Below, in pieces: positions 49,201 to 57,224 of a DNA stretch of 64,000 nucleotides; position 1 is the stretch's first letter, and each line of letters opens with the position of its first letter. This DNA comes from Bradymonadia bacterium (GTDB lineage: Bacteria; Myxococcota_A; Bradymonadia; UBA7976; UBA1532). The stretch spans positions 1 through 64,000 of the forward strand of contig JBKAGE010000052.1 in assembly GCA_046290225.1 (NCBI GenBank). Reading direction: 5' to 3'. The translations under genes and the position numbers were made by a program. The notes beneath the pieces are model-generated. The model saw only the letters and a list, made by a program, of their open reading frames with translations. It did no database searches and was not told the origin of the DNA.

Positions 49201-49390
49201 CCGCGGGCACGTCGATGCCCACGGCGAAGTTCATGGCGCCACGACTGGCGCTGATGCCGGCGTTGTCGCCGATGCCCTCGAGGGAGCCGGGGCCCTCGGG
49301 CAAGCTGACGCGGTCGTCGCTGACGCCGGTCTGGGCCAGCACCGGGGTGCTGCTGATCAGGGTGAAAGCGATGGGGCGTAGCCAGCGCAT
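43220..49390 (-). CDS. TcB-TcC-like fusion (SpvB-like N-domain, FG-GAP propeller, TcB mid region, YD/RHS repeats, RHS core) with signal peptide
   Basis: P.LSIAYNSGG..G.MGIGW; DxNGDG repeats; NLLTEITNGLG, YDTVEKQFRGFAEV; YDxxGR repeats; RY...GRWTSPDP...NPY..NNPV...DPTG; GGAGAGG RBS. Confidence 0.88.
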   Translation of the reverse strand: MRWLRPIAFTLISSTPVLAQTGVSDDRVSLPEGPGSLEGIGDNAGISASRGAMNFAVGIDVPAGFPGITPNLSIAYNSGGSAGIMGIGWDMSVPFMERMTQWGLPKYTADDDFVANGGDQLVHVGEGVYRARIEGGFVRYLWIDRGDGTQGYWVAEQPDGIKMYFGATADGDLVDNARVSGRDGATFRYQLVEIVDSFDHRAHYSYQLRDGLPYLDSIEYTFVNGEARSKVTFEYEDRPDPLSDARSGANELISQRLAAVNVYSKETRMWRYDLGYEDEAISGGLSRLASLQRFGLNDEPHPVSYNFGYSKTLGAQCDTDGGVGCEDPYLVDMGSIGVGLSTGAATLVDLDGDALPDIVDTSRSGAHRIYKNQYTTDSHSFSAAIESATGDQNGHQLSSAYVQVLDANGDGRADMINVRTGEILYNLGEGDWSTVESLGGTASLPDFGDDFAGGDAELSNIRFLDYNNDRLIDVISSTFDTTQVYENQGESGFAIADGVEAIGSGFADSRLEMADMNGDGLQDPVILAPGQLTYRLNLGYGRWSSERVINDLPFNEAQIEFVELQDINGDSLDDLVIVLSDQLSFALNRAGDHFDDATVINSVGGQALPQRIDNTTVLFADMNGSGSDDVVWVTADGDVTYLELFPTRPNLLTEITNGLGLVTEVTYATSVQQMAAAEAAGEEKWAYTLPFAMIMADSIDTYDNYNGEHKRVSYTYRDAFYDTVEKQFRGFAEVSLTTEADDAQEGGMRVQRYDVGDTNRYLAGALMATEDYAISNGEAVPLMTTELAYDDCDVDEVPADTSWPVRYMCVVARENTMQERQSASAWVKTRVEYSYDGYGQVTETAQLGVIGIGDGACPAKTGQGYGAPSGENCEGDEMYITTEYATSDDWLLNLPARVSTAAERNSAASFGGEAQVTEFLYDGDDYAGLPVGQATIGLRKHARSQLSDGEWISTGRFRHDSDGNVVETWGPQATEGNGAYRIRESFDEEGLLVTASEQVLLDPEGQPYSLMREFTYDDIWGTVTGASSEITIVDGSAVTEATWSQVVYDNLGRVAARYRHGDPDGRPTVEYTYEYGDPVSALTQQFRSEQGAALPDRQVVSCLDGQGREIASLARVASGMYEASDYAIFNNQGALTAKYRTHTVADGACPNTPPELTPLRTTFDALGREISVVRTDASIFGEASFSRREYLPLSVAFHDVSDTDAASPFADTPTIRVQDGLGRDVSVEYTLTSGGESLVYSFEYDVRGRLAAVVSPAGERTTYTRDRLGRVVESASVDRGTQTFVYNEASQLVSETDATGRTVERSYDARGRLTGVWDAADPEGTLVQALYDLPSACPDDLCPNASGHRVGTLFPTHAGEGARWFTHDDRGRLVNTRTVIDGVPFELRVEFSNLDRETAMVMPDGTRLEFTRDGIDRVTAIEGFVDSATFTRSSLLDTMRLSNGVTVEMGYNAADLLDSQRVTGAEGALLDLGYTRNRFGYVTGIDDLQPVDGLAGQGALYTYDALNRLASATLDPAREAFEETITYGYDNRQNLVQRASTNTESASHLGALTYGADKPHAVISAGDRTFEYDAAGMMTQSGDNSLTWDHNGRLKAVQTPEGESRFWYAIETDRVIAEEGAHLRYAVSRHFEIEDGMAVTHVYLGSRHVASHETDALATAIFGDPAADDALNAGDAIALGGADDEATRRLLMASARAKTLQGEARVIFTHHDHTGNTVLTTDAAGEVVDRFAFDPHGVLRSGDDNSDARKAVDGFQRDSSTGLTQMGMRYADTALGRWTSPDPLFKGEPGAVAMSRPMEASNPYMFNLNNPVQFQDPTGLLGVHELGGQPAELARDNLTDQEINDMDWTGDHDGDIQTFEDAVTETETGLDESVRQLSRMQQSRAFDAEAAQNGLNNLDQMGAVGEEATQLRAEYQRTLNAAANPSQAETNLATQIRDARNTIAELRRRAQVARNAQNRQRNRVQAPPRGQPGAANGGVVAQPGAARNVAANRRVPPPPRRHYAAGRNAPAGPGAAAPPPPPPRNNGGNNGNNGGGAAAQPGAAPQGRARANNVNG

Positions 49391-49422
49391 GTGCCTCTCC
49401 AATTGATGGTCGATTCACCGCT

Positions 49423-49450
49423 GATGCGCCACGGGTGGGGGATTCCCGCA
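49423..49450 (-). promoter_or_regulatory. Conserved bipartite motif, copy 6
   Basis: Minus strand TGCGGG-aatcccccacccgtgg-CGCATC, 32 nt before ATG 49390. Confidence 0.8.
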
Positions 49451-49533
49451 GAAAAAAAGTGCTTCGCACCTTTGCGATGCCGAATCACATGTGGCTTGGG
49501 GGGAGTGTGCGCTGACTTGGGGAGAGGGCCGGC

Positions 49534-50412
49534 TCAGCTCAGAACTGCACCGGGGGTTTCGGCGACGAGGATGCGCTCGAGGGCTCGATCGAGGGTGGTG
49601 AGCTCTGCGGCGTCGATGAAGGCTTCGTGATCTGCCGAGAGTGATTGGAACTTGAGACGCATGAGTTTCTTGAGGGTCTCTCTGGCTTTACGAAGCTCGG
49701 CCTCTCGTGCGGCTTGGAGCTTGGCAGCTTCGAAAGCCTGCTTGTACTCCTCGGAGAAGGGTTCAGTGATTTTGAGATTGCGCAACATGTGAGAAAACAC
49801 CTCCTTGGCAATTCGGGAGAGGCGCGCGAGCACCATGTCAGTGTAGAGATCGTATTTGTCTTCGTCGAGTGTGCGCACGACGGCGGCCGCGGCACCGGCG
49901 ATCTCGCTGCCGTGGGCACCTTTGCCGTGCACGATGGTCGACAACAACATCAATTCGGGGTTGTGCACCGCGAGTTCTGGGTCGGTGACGATGGGGGTCT
50001 GTTCCGGTCCGATCACAATTGGGTGGAACATGTTCCCACCACCCATGTGGATGGGCTGTCGAGCCCACCGGGCGACTCTGTCGGTCAGTGCGATGACCAG
50101 AACGGCCGCTTCACAGCGCTTTTTGAAACGTGCAGAGGCTACATAGCTGGGCCAACTGAACAGTTTGTCGTCGTCCGTGTCGAGTTGCACCTCGACGATG
50201 AGGGCCATCTGAGGCTCGCCATCGAGGGTGAGCGTCGTCGCCTCGTCTGCGTCGTAAGCCGCTGTCGTGGCCTGGGCCAAGTTGAGCTTGCCTCCTTGCA
50301 AGCCATCGTACTTGGGCAGCGGCGGTTGCCCCGAGGCATGCCACAGCTCGACGGCGAGCTGTGGCCGTGTGGTGAAAAGCGATACGATGATCTCGTGCAG
50401 TACGCCGGGCAT
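49534..50412 (-). CDS. Second Rpn/PD-(D/E)XK-like paralog, without the tandem repeat
   Basis: Aligns end to end with 26533..27591 (LHEIIV, AYDADEA, QMALIVEVQL, HEAFIDAA..TLD.ALER). Confidence 0.75.
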   Translation of the reverse strand: MPGVLHEIIVSLFTTRPQLAVELWHASGQPPLPKYDGLQGGKLNLAQATTAAYDADEATTLTLDGEPQMALIVEVQLDTDDDKLFSWPSYVASARFKKRCEAAVLVIALTDRVARWARQPIHMGGGNMFHPIVIGPEQTPIVTDPELAVHNPELMLLSTIVHGKGAHGSEIAGAAAAVVRTLDEDKYDLYTDMVLARLSRIAKEVFSHMLRNLKITEPFSEEYKQAFEAAKLQAAREAELRKARETLKKLMRLKFQSLSADHEAFIDAAELTTLDRALERILVAETPGAVLS

Positions 50413-50521
50413 GCCTCTTCCGATGTGGTGGTTCTGCCCCTGCGTACAGTTGGGGGTGCTGGATGATTCCGAGATTTTGCTCTGCGGAGCGACGTCTCCA
50501 TGAAAAGGGGGTGGGCGCACG

Positions 50522-51592
50522 ATGGAGGATAAGCGCGAGCGAGGTCAGTGGGTCAGGCTCCTGTGCATGTTCATGTGCACGTTGAGCATGTCATGCGATG
50601 ACAGTACGGAGCAGATGGAGTTTTCACCTCTCGAGATGTTGGTGGGTGAGTTCAAGGCGATGGTGCATCGCCCTTACCCCGAGTCTTACCTGGCTCGACT
50701 GCGACAGGCCGTACAGCAAGAGCAGATGAGAGCGGCCAACCTGCGACTTGGGGCGCACCAGTATCTCTATCAGCAAGTACACCTCCCAGACAGGCCATGT
50801 CAGCCCATCTATTGGTCGGAACTCTATACTGATGGGTTCCAGCCCAATAACATTGACTGGAGCGGGTTGGTCGCGCCCTGCCTACATGGCGCTCACCTGG
50901 ACTTCTCGTTCTCTGATCTACGTGGGGCAGATCTGCGTGGAGCGAAGCTTTTTCACGCGAGCTTTGAAGGCGCCAACCTCGAAGGGGCCGATTTGAGGGG
51001 CGTTGTTCTGTATCACAGTGACTTGAGCCACTCGAACCTGCAGGGCGCGCGGATCGGCGCTGGCTATGAGTGGGTCTGCGTGGGGTCGGGCGGTTGTATC
51101 ATCGGGGATGAGCGCTGTGTGTCTCGAACACAGGCGACATGGCTCTATGGTGTAGATCTCTCGGGCGCGAGGGTGGGTGATGCGCTCAACACTGTGCCCC
51201 AGGGCAACATCCCATGGGCCCGATTCGTCGGTACGGATCTGCGAGGCGCACAATTGGAGTGGTCAGATCTTCAAGGTATGGCGTTCGACGAGGCCGACTT
51301 GACCGGCGCGTCGCTGTATCACTCCGATCTCAACCGTGCCTCGTTTCGTAATGCTGTCTTGCATCGAGCCAACTTGAGTGGCGCTCACCTGAAGGGGGCT
51401 GACTTGGCGGGGGCGGATATGAGAGAGGCGGAGTTGCTGTGGGTCGACTTCGAGGGGATGGTTCTCACTGATACCAACTTGAACGGTGCCATCGTACGGA
51501 GAGAGCAACACATTCCGGACAGCATCACGAGCAGATACACACTGCAGGCTCACCCTGAGTTCACTGCTGTGTGGGTGTTGAATGCCAGGTGA
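50522..51592 (+). CDS. Pentapeptide-repeat protein, possibly a lipoprotein
   Basis: A(D/N)LxG repeats; LSMSC after a hydrophobic stretch. Confidence 0.85.
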   Translation: MEDKRERGQWVRLLCMFMCTLSMSCDDSTEQMEFSPLEMLVGEFKAMVHRPYPESYLARLRQAVQQEQMRAANLRLGAHQYLYQQVHLPDRPCQPIYWSELYTDGFQPNNIDWSGLVAPCLHGAHLDFSFSDLRGADLRGAKLFHASFEGANLEGADLRGVVLYHSDLSHSNLQGARIGAGYEWVCVGSGGCIIGDERCVSRTQATWLYGVDLSGARVGDALNTVPQGNIPWARFVGTDLRGAQLEWSDLQGMAFDEADLTGASLYHSDLNRASFRNAVLHRANLSGAHLKGADLAGADMREAELLWVDFEGMVLTDTNLNGAIVRREQHIPDSITSRYTLQAHPEFTAVWVLNAR

Positions 51593-51611
51593 GCGCAAAG
51601 CGGGGTTGGGG

Positions 51612-53651
51612 CTACTCCACCCGCGTCGAGTCACCGTCCACCACCGTCATGCGGTAGCCGTCGGCGAGGCGCCAGTAGCGCTCGAAGGCCTTCGTCTCGG
51701 GCAGATCCACCGCGAACATCTCTGCGGCAAAGCGGCTGCCCAGCGTTTGGTAGATCAGCTCGGCGGTGACCGTGTAGCCCAGGCCGAGGTTGGGCAGGCG
51801 TACCCGGTACTCGACCTCGTCGCCGCCGCCAACGAAGTTGTCGTCGCCCTGCACGCCACGTGGCCGGATCTCTTCAGGCACGTTGTTGTCGGACCAGCCC
51901 ATGGGCAACAGGCGGTTGTCCTTCACATAGGCGTCGGCGAGCAGCAGGCGGTATGTGGGGTTGCCCTCGATGTCCACCATGGCAGGCTCGTAGATCTGCA
52001 CCTGATCTTCAGCGCTGATGACATTGTGATGAGGGCTCGTCGGGCCACCTGCCCGCTCAGTATCGAGAATTCGGCCCGAGCCGTCGACGATGCGGCCGTA
52101 GCTGTCAGTGTCGCCTGAGGCGAACATCACCGTGCCGTCGGGCAACGTGATGATGACCTTCAAGAACGCACGGCGTGCGGGGAAGCCCGTGGGGAACTTG
52201 TGCCCTGCCTTGTTGGTCACCTGCACCTTCACCACTACGTCGGCGCCGTCCCACGTCGCAGAGGTGATCTCCACATCAGCGGTGTCGTTTTGCAGCTTGG
52301 CCCGAGCCAGCTCGATGGTGCGATCGAAGGCTTCACGGCTCGCCAGGGGCTGCAAATCGTCGGCGTGATCTCGCAAAATCGAAGGCACCAGCACGTTGCC
52401 GCCGATGAAGACGTGTCGGCTCACCGGGCTGCGCTCTGGCAGGTTGGGGTAGGGCTCGCCGCTCGGCGCCCGGGCCAGGGTGGTGCGGACCGGAGATCCA
52501 TCCCGCTCCAGATCGGGCATGTGGCAGTCCTGGCAGGTGCGTGTGTCAGGGCCCTCGGCGCCTTCGTCGTTGTATTTGGAGTTACGCCACTCAAGGTAGG
52601 GCATCTGCTCGGGGAACTTCCGCTCGGTGAGCTCACCGCCGAGGTCGAAGGTGGGGGTCTCCAGGGTGTGGCAAGTCGAGCAGAAGCTCGACTCGCTCAT
52701 ATGCAGGCCCTGAACCGGGTTGAAGGCGCTGCGCTGGGCCATGGGGGCGCCTACCTGATCGTCGTAGGGTCCGTAGATGCGTCGCTGATCGTTGAGCGAG
52801 TAGTTGCCGCTGAAGCGAGCAGATGTGCCCAGACCATCGGCCTCGATCTGGTGGCAGACCGTACACGACACGCCATCGAGGCCTAGACTCGCGGCGTCAC
52901 CCTCGGACCAGAGAGAGGCGACACGCTGTGGATCGCCTGCGCTGGGCACCGGGTCGTACATGACCATGGGGGCGTGGCAGGTCATGCATGTGCCTTCGAT
53001 GAGAGCTGCAAACGCGGGCAGGGCGTTGGTTTCGACGGCGAGCTCGGCGCGCCAGAAGGGGTCCCGGGCGGCGTTGGCCATCATGGAGGCTTGCCACAGG
53101 TCATAAGGGGCCACGGTTTCACCGCCAGCGGTGCGCAAGGCGTCAATGCCATCTGCGCTGGCGTGACACTCGGCGCACGCATCAGAGGTCACCACCCGGC
53201 CAGTCTCTGCCTCACCTGCTTCGGGGAGAGGTGCCAGGGCCGGGGGCAGCGGGCCCATGTCCTCTTCGGGGAACCGGGTGCGGGCATCGGGCATCTCGAC
53301 GCCCATGTCGAGCATGTCGCCACCCATGCCACCCTCGGCACCTGAGCCCCCCATACCGGCCTCACCGCCAGCGCCGCCCATACCGGCCTCGCCGCCGGCG
53401 CCGCCAGGGCCACCTTCGGCGCCTGCGCCGCCCATGCCGGCTTCGCCCCCCGTGCCGCCCTCACCACCATCACCGCTCATGCCGGCTTCGCCGCCAGCGC
53501 CGCCCATGCCCGCGTCTTCATCGAAGAGGCCTGTCGCGCAGCCTGAGAGGCCCCAGGACGCCACCAGGCAGACCATGATCAAAGTGGAAGCTCGGTGCAG
53601 TCGTTTGGAGCGTCGATCAGGGCGCATCACGGATCCGGTGGCGGAGGTCAT
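51612..53651 (-). CDS. Multiheme c-type cytochrome lipoprotein (5 CxxCH)
   Basis: CAECH, CMTCH, CTVCH, CSTCH, CQDCH; lipobox LSGC; GGEAGMGG linker repeats; C-terminal GHKFPTG beta domain. Confidence 0.85.
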   Translation of the reverse strand: MTSATGSVMRPDRRSKRLHRASTLIMVCLVASWGLSGCATGLFDEDAGMGGAGGEAGMSGDGGEGGTGGEAGMGGAGAEGGPGGAGGEAGMGGAGGEAGMGGSGAEGGMGGDMLDMGVEMPDARTRFPEEDMGPLPPALAPLPEAGEAETGRVVTSDACAECHASADGIDALRTAGGETVAPYDLWQASMMANAARDPFWRAELAVETNALPAFAALIEGTCMTCHAPMVMYDPVPSAGDPQRVASLWSEGDAASLGLDGVSCTVCHQIEADGLGTSARFSGNYSLNDQRRIYGPYDDQVGAPMAQRSAFNPVQGLHMSESSFCSTCHTLETPTFDLGGELTERKFPEQMPYLEWRNSKYNDEGAEGPDTRTCQDCHMPDLERDGSPVRTTLARAPSGEPYPNLPERSPVSRHVFIGGNVLVPSILRDHADDLQPLASREAFDRTIELARAKLQNDTADVEITSATWDGADVVVKVQVTNKAGHKFPTGFPARRAFLKVIITLPDGTVMFASGDTDSYGRIVDGSGRILDTERAGGPTSPHHNVISAEDQVQIYEPAMVDIEGNPTYRLLLADAYVKDNRLLPMGWSDNNVPEEIRPRGVQGDDNFVGGGDEVEYRVRLPNLGLGYTVTAELIYQTLGSRFAAEMFAVDLPETKAFERYWRLADGYRMTVVDGDSTRVE

Positions 53652-53815
53652 CAGGGGTACCCAGGACAGTGGGAACTACACCATACAGCAATGCAGGTGC
53701 CGAACCTACCGCCGCCATGGTACGCAATTCTGACACAGCTTGGGAGGGGTCGGTTGTCACCAAAAAGTGATCCGCCCTCCAGAGCAATGTCCTCGAAACG
53801 GATCACGGAGCGCTC

Positions 53816-54655
53816 ATGTCCAGGCCCGCAGAGATTCTCTTCATCGACGTCGATGGCACCATCCACGGTGAAGGGGGGATTCACCCTCGAGTCTGGGGGG
53901 CGGTGGCGCAGGCCCAGGCGGCGGGGCTCCACCTCGTGCTGTGCACGGGGCGCCCGTCCTTCGGCGTGGCCAGGGCGTATGCCGGGCGGTTGAGCCCTGA
54001 CGGGCCGCACATCTTCGAAGCAGGTGCGTGCATCGCTGACGCCACGGGCCGGGTGATCCACGCTGAGCCTCTGGGGCCTGACTACGCAGAGATCATCGCC
54101 CTCGCCGAAACGCATGACGTCATCGCAGAGGTCTTCACCGCCGACGGTCGCTATGTGGTGTCCCGACGCAGCGCCGAGGTGCAGGCTCACGAGGCCCTGT
54201 TGGAGACCGAGGCTGAGGTGGTGGCTGATTTGAGGGCCCTCGATGCCCCAGGCGCACCGCCCATCATCCGGGTGCAGTGGTTGCTCACCGAGTCTCACCC
54301 TCGAGATGTGTTCATCAGCTACGTCAACAACACCCCCGCTCTGGGACTGCATCTCGGGCGCTCGCCGTCGGTGCCCCACCTTCTGTTCACGGGGGTGACC
54401 CGGGCCGGAGTGTCCAAGGCCTCGGCGGCTCGGCGTGTGGCCGAGCGCCTGGGCTGCGCCACAGATCTGAGCACCTGCGCCATGGTGGGTGATGGGCTCA
54501 ACGATCTCGAACTGCTCGATGTGGTGGGGATGCCGATGACGCTGACCAATGGAGAGGCCGAGGTCATCGAGCGGGTGAAGGCCCGCGGGGGGCACGTGGT
54601 GCCCTCGGTGGACGAGGGTGGGGCTGCGGAGGCCATCGCGCTGGCCTTGGGGTGA
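53816..54655 (+). CDS. Cof-type HAD hydrolase
   Basis: DVDGT, CTGR, SKA, GDGLNDLELL. Confidence 0.9.
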   Translation: MSRPAEILFIDVDGTIHGEGGIHPRVWGAVAQAQAAGLHLVLCTGRPSFGVARAYAGRLSPDGPHIFEAGACIADATGRVIHAEPLGPDYAEIIALAETHDVIAEVFTADGRYVVSRRSAEVQAHEALLETEAEVVADLRALDAPGAPPIIRVQWLLTESHPRDVFISYVNNTPALGLHLGRSPSVPHLLFTGVTRAGVSKASAARRVAERLGCATDLSTCAMVGDGLNDLELLDVVGMPMTLTNGEAEVIERVKARGGHVVPSVDEGGAAEAIALALG

Positions 54656-54677
54656 GCGGACGGCCGTCCGCTACAGA

Positions 54678-55115
54678 TCAGTGACGCTTCTTCATCTCGC
54701 GGTAGTCGGCCATCAACTCGTCGAAGGCACGGAGCAGATCGAGGGCCGACAAGATGCCCACCAGCTGGTTCTCTTTGTTGAGCACCGGCAGGGCGCCGTA
54801 CTTGTGCTCCAGGAACAGCTTGATGGCCTTGTGGATCGAGTCGTACGTGTGCACCACCTGCACCCGCTCGGTCATCACGTCGCCCACGCGCATGTCGTCG
54901 TCGAGGTTGTAGATGTGGGTGACGTCGGGGGCCTCATCCACCCAGTTCGGGCGGCGCAGATCACGGTCGCTGATGAGGCCGATGAGCGAGCCGTCGACGT
55001 CGACCACGGGCATGTGCCTGATCTCGCTGCGGCGCATGGTGAAGAAGGTGGACCGAAGGCCGTCGGTGGCCCGGGCGGTGATGACTTTGTCGGTCATGTA
55101 CTGGCTGATGCGCAT
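54678..55115 (-). CDS. CBS-pair protein (AcuB-like)
   Basis: IRHMPVVD..GLISDRDL and GALPVL..VGILS..DLL; GAGGAG RBS. Confidence 0.9.
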   Translation of the reverse strand: MRISQYMTDKVITARATDGLRSTFFTMRRSEIRHMPVVDVDGSLIGLISDRDLRRPNWVDEAPDVTHIYNLDDDMRVGDVMTERVQVVHTYDSIHKAIKLFLEHKYGALPVLNKENQLVGILSALDLLRAFDELMADYREMKKRH

Positions 55116-55187
55116 GGTGACTCCTCTGTGTGTGTCCTGCTGCATGGCTGCGCAAAACCAGAGGCAATCGCCGTGCCAGAGTGATGC

Positions 55188-57119
55188 TCACTGGCGGGTG
55201 GCGCTGGCTTTCATGAACTTGGTGATGGAGGTGAGGGCGCCGTCGACGGCGGGGGCGTCGAAGTAGAACTGCATCTGGCCATAGTCGTTGAGCCAGACCG
55301 AGGTCTTGGGGCCCTTCAGCGCGCTGAGGAACCGCTTCGTGCCGTCGGGCACTGCGCCTTGCTCACTGTGCACCACGTGCACCGGTTGCTCGATGCTTTC
55401 TGCTGCGGAGATGCCGTCGAAGGTGATCCACGGCTCCCAGCTGGCCACGGCGAAGCGGTTGTCGTAGCTCGGGCCGGCGCCGAGGGCGGGGTTCAGGTAG
55501 TAGTCGAAGATGTTCCCCGGCACGTACATGGCGCTCAGAGGATCGAGCTCGCTGGCGGCGAGCACATAGGTCATCTCCTTGTCGTCCGACCAGCGGCGAT
55601 CCGCCTCTCGGGAGGCGGCGATGAGGCCGTCGGAGCCTCCAGGGCGCATATCGTAGATGCCTCGAGCCATGGCCTCGTCGTGCAGCCACGGGGCCACGAG
55701 CATCAAGCTGCTGAAGCGGGGCTCTTTGGCCACGGCGTGGGCCATGTAGCCTGCGCCGGCGCAGATGCCGAGCCCCGAGATGTCGCCGATGCCCTCTCGG
55801 CTCGAGAGAAACTCGAAGGCTGCCTGGATGTCGGCGATCTTCTGAGCAGGGCGCTCGAGCTGTCGGGGGGCACCTTCGCTGTCACCGAAGCCCGTGAAGT
55901 CGAAGGTCAGCGCTACGTAGCCTTCCGCGGCGAGGCGGCTGGCGTACACGTCGGGCATCTGGCCCTTCACGCTCGTCCAGCTGCCGGCGACGATCACGGC
56001 GGAGACGTCGCCGGTGCCGTCGAAGCCCTTGGGGGTGAAGAGGTGCCCCTCGAGGGTGTTGTCACCGCTCTTGAAGCGCACAGGGGTCATGGTGGCGCGC
56101 TCGATGGCTGCGCCGGAGGCGTGCACCGAGTGATGGGGCGCGCTCAGGCCGGGCCAGGACGCCAGCAGGATCCGCGGGTTGAAGTGCTCGACGATACGCT
56201 CGATGCGGCCACTGTCATTGAGGTGGATCACGTTGACGTAGTGGTTTCGATAGGGCCCGTCGGGCAGCTGCACCTCGCCGGTCATGCGCACGAGCACCAC
56301 CAAGTCATCGCCCGTGGCGTGATACGTGCGGGTGTAGCGCTGGGGGTGGTCGATGATGTTGCCGAAGAGGGCGGTGAGGTTGTCCTTGCCCTCCACCGTT
56401 TTGGGGAAGCCCTTGGGGGCAAGGGGCATCTGTTGGACGACGTCGTCGGCGAAGGTGGCCCCGAGGGCGGTGAGATCTTGCTGCTCCAGGGCCTTGAAGA
56501 AGGCTTCGACGGTGGGGTGGGGCGCCGCAGTGGTCAGGGCCTGCGGCGTGGCCTTCATGGCGAGGGCAGGGAGATCGGTGCGGCCACTCTGATCCCTCAG
56601 GGCGAGGTCGATGCGGGCGAGCTTCCAGACGCCGCCGACGCGCTCGAATTCCGTGTCGTAGCCAGCGAAGACCGTCCAGTGCTCCATCTCTCCGTCGACG
56701 GGGAGCATGTGCACGGCGACACCGTCGAAGGTGGCCGTGGCGCGCTCCCCAGCGATGTGGACTGACACATCCGAGAGCTGATGTGCAGTGCGGGTGAAGC
56801 GGGGCAAGAACCCGGACCAGCCGCCGACGAGCTCTTTCGCAGCCACGGCACCTGAGGGTCCACCCAGATCGGCGTAGTTCACGTGCACTGTGGGCTGCAT
56901 CGCCCCCTCGACAGCAGCCCAGCGGTGCTGGTCGACGCCGTGAAAGATGGTGTCGAGGGTGTCTTCGATGGCGCGGGTGTGGGTCATGGCGGTGGTCTCT
57001 TCATCTGTGGTGGAGGGTGCGTTGGCGGCTTTGGCGTCGTTGTCTTGAACTTGAGCGGTGGAGCTGTGAGCGCAGCCGTCGAGGGTGAGGCCGAGGCACA
57101 TCAAAAGGGTGCGGTTCAT
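55188..57119 (-). CDS. Exported fusion: two SnoaL/NTF2-like domains + alpha/beta hydrolase
   Basis: AGGAG RBS before ATG 57119; signal-like N-terminus; NTF2-like segments; TFDFTGFGDSEG and GICAG nucleophile elbow. Confidence 0.75.
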   Translation of the reverse strand: MNRTLLMCLGLTLDGCAHSSTAQVQDNDAKAANAPSTTDEETTAMTHTRAIEDTLDTIFHGVDQHRWAAVEGAMQPTVHVNYADLGGPSGAVAAKELVGGWSGFLPRFTRTAHQLSDVSVHIAGERATATFDGVAVHMLPVDGEMEHWTVFAGYDTEFERVGGVWKLARIDLALRDQSGRTDLPALAMKATPQALTTAAPHPTVEAFFKALEQQDLTALGATFADDVVQQMPLAPKGFPKTVEGKDNLTALFGNIIDHPQRYTRTYHATGDDLVVLVRMTGEVQLPDGPYRNHYVNVIHLNDSGRIERIVEHFNPRILLASWPGLSAPHHSVHASGAAIERATMTPVRFKSGDNTLEGHLFTPKGFDGTGDVSAVIVAGSWTSVKGQMPDVYASRLAAEGYVALTFDFTGFGDSEGAPRQLERPAQKIADIQAAFEFLSSREGIGDISGLGICAGAGYMAHAVAKEPRFSSLMLVAPWLHDEAMARGIYDMRPGGSDGLIAASREADRRWSDDKEMTYVLAASELDPLSAMYVPGNIFDYYLNPALGAGPSYDNRFAVASWEPWITFDGISAAESIEQPVHVVHSEQGAVPDGTKRFLSALKGPKTSVWLNDYGQMQFYFDAPAVDGALTSITKFMKASATRQ

Positions 57120-57194
57120 AGGGCATCTCCTGTGGTCTTGCCCCTTCACCATCGCCACTGCGATGAACTGTTTGAAGAACAAATGGTGGACATG

Positions 57195-57224
57195 ATTTGT
57201 CTGTAAATGCACAAATTGGTGCAT
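57195..57224. promoter_or_regulatory. Likely LysR operator in the divergent promoter
   Basis: AT-rich overlapping dyads ATTTGT-N10-ACAAAT and ATGCAC-N6-GTGCAT. Confidence 0.5.

Noticed and set aside
43220..49390. T6SS Rhs effector
   Set aside because: No PAAR/VgrG/Hcp nearby; the SpvB/FG-GAP N-terminus and signal peptide fit a TcB-TcC type.
49534..50412. Rpn-like genes as IS elements
   Set aside because: No terminal inverted repeats, target duplications or DDE motif seen; annotated as CDS only.
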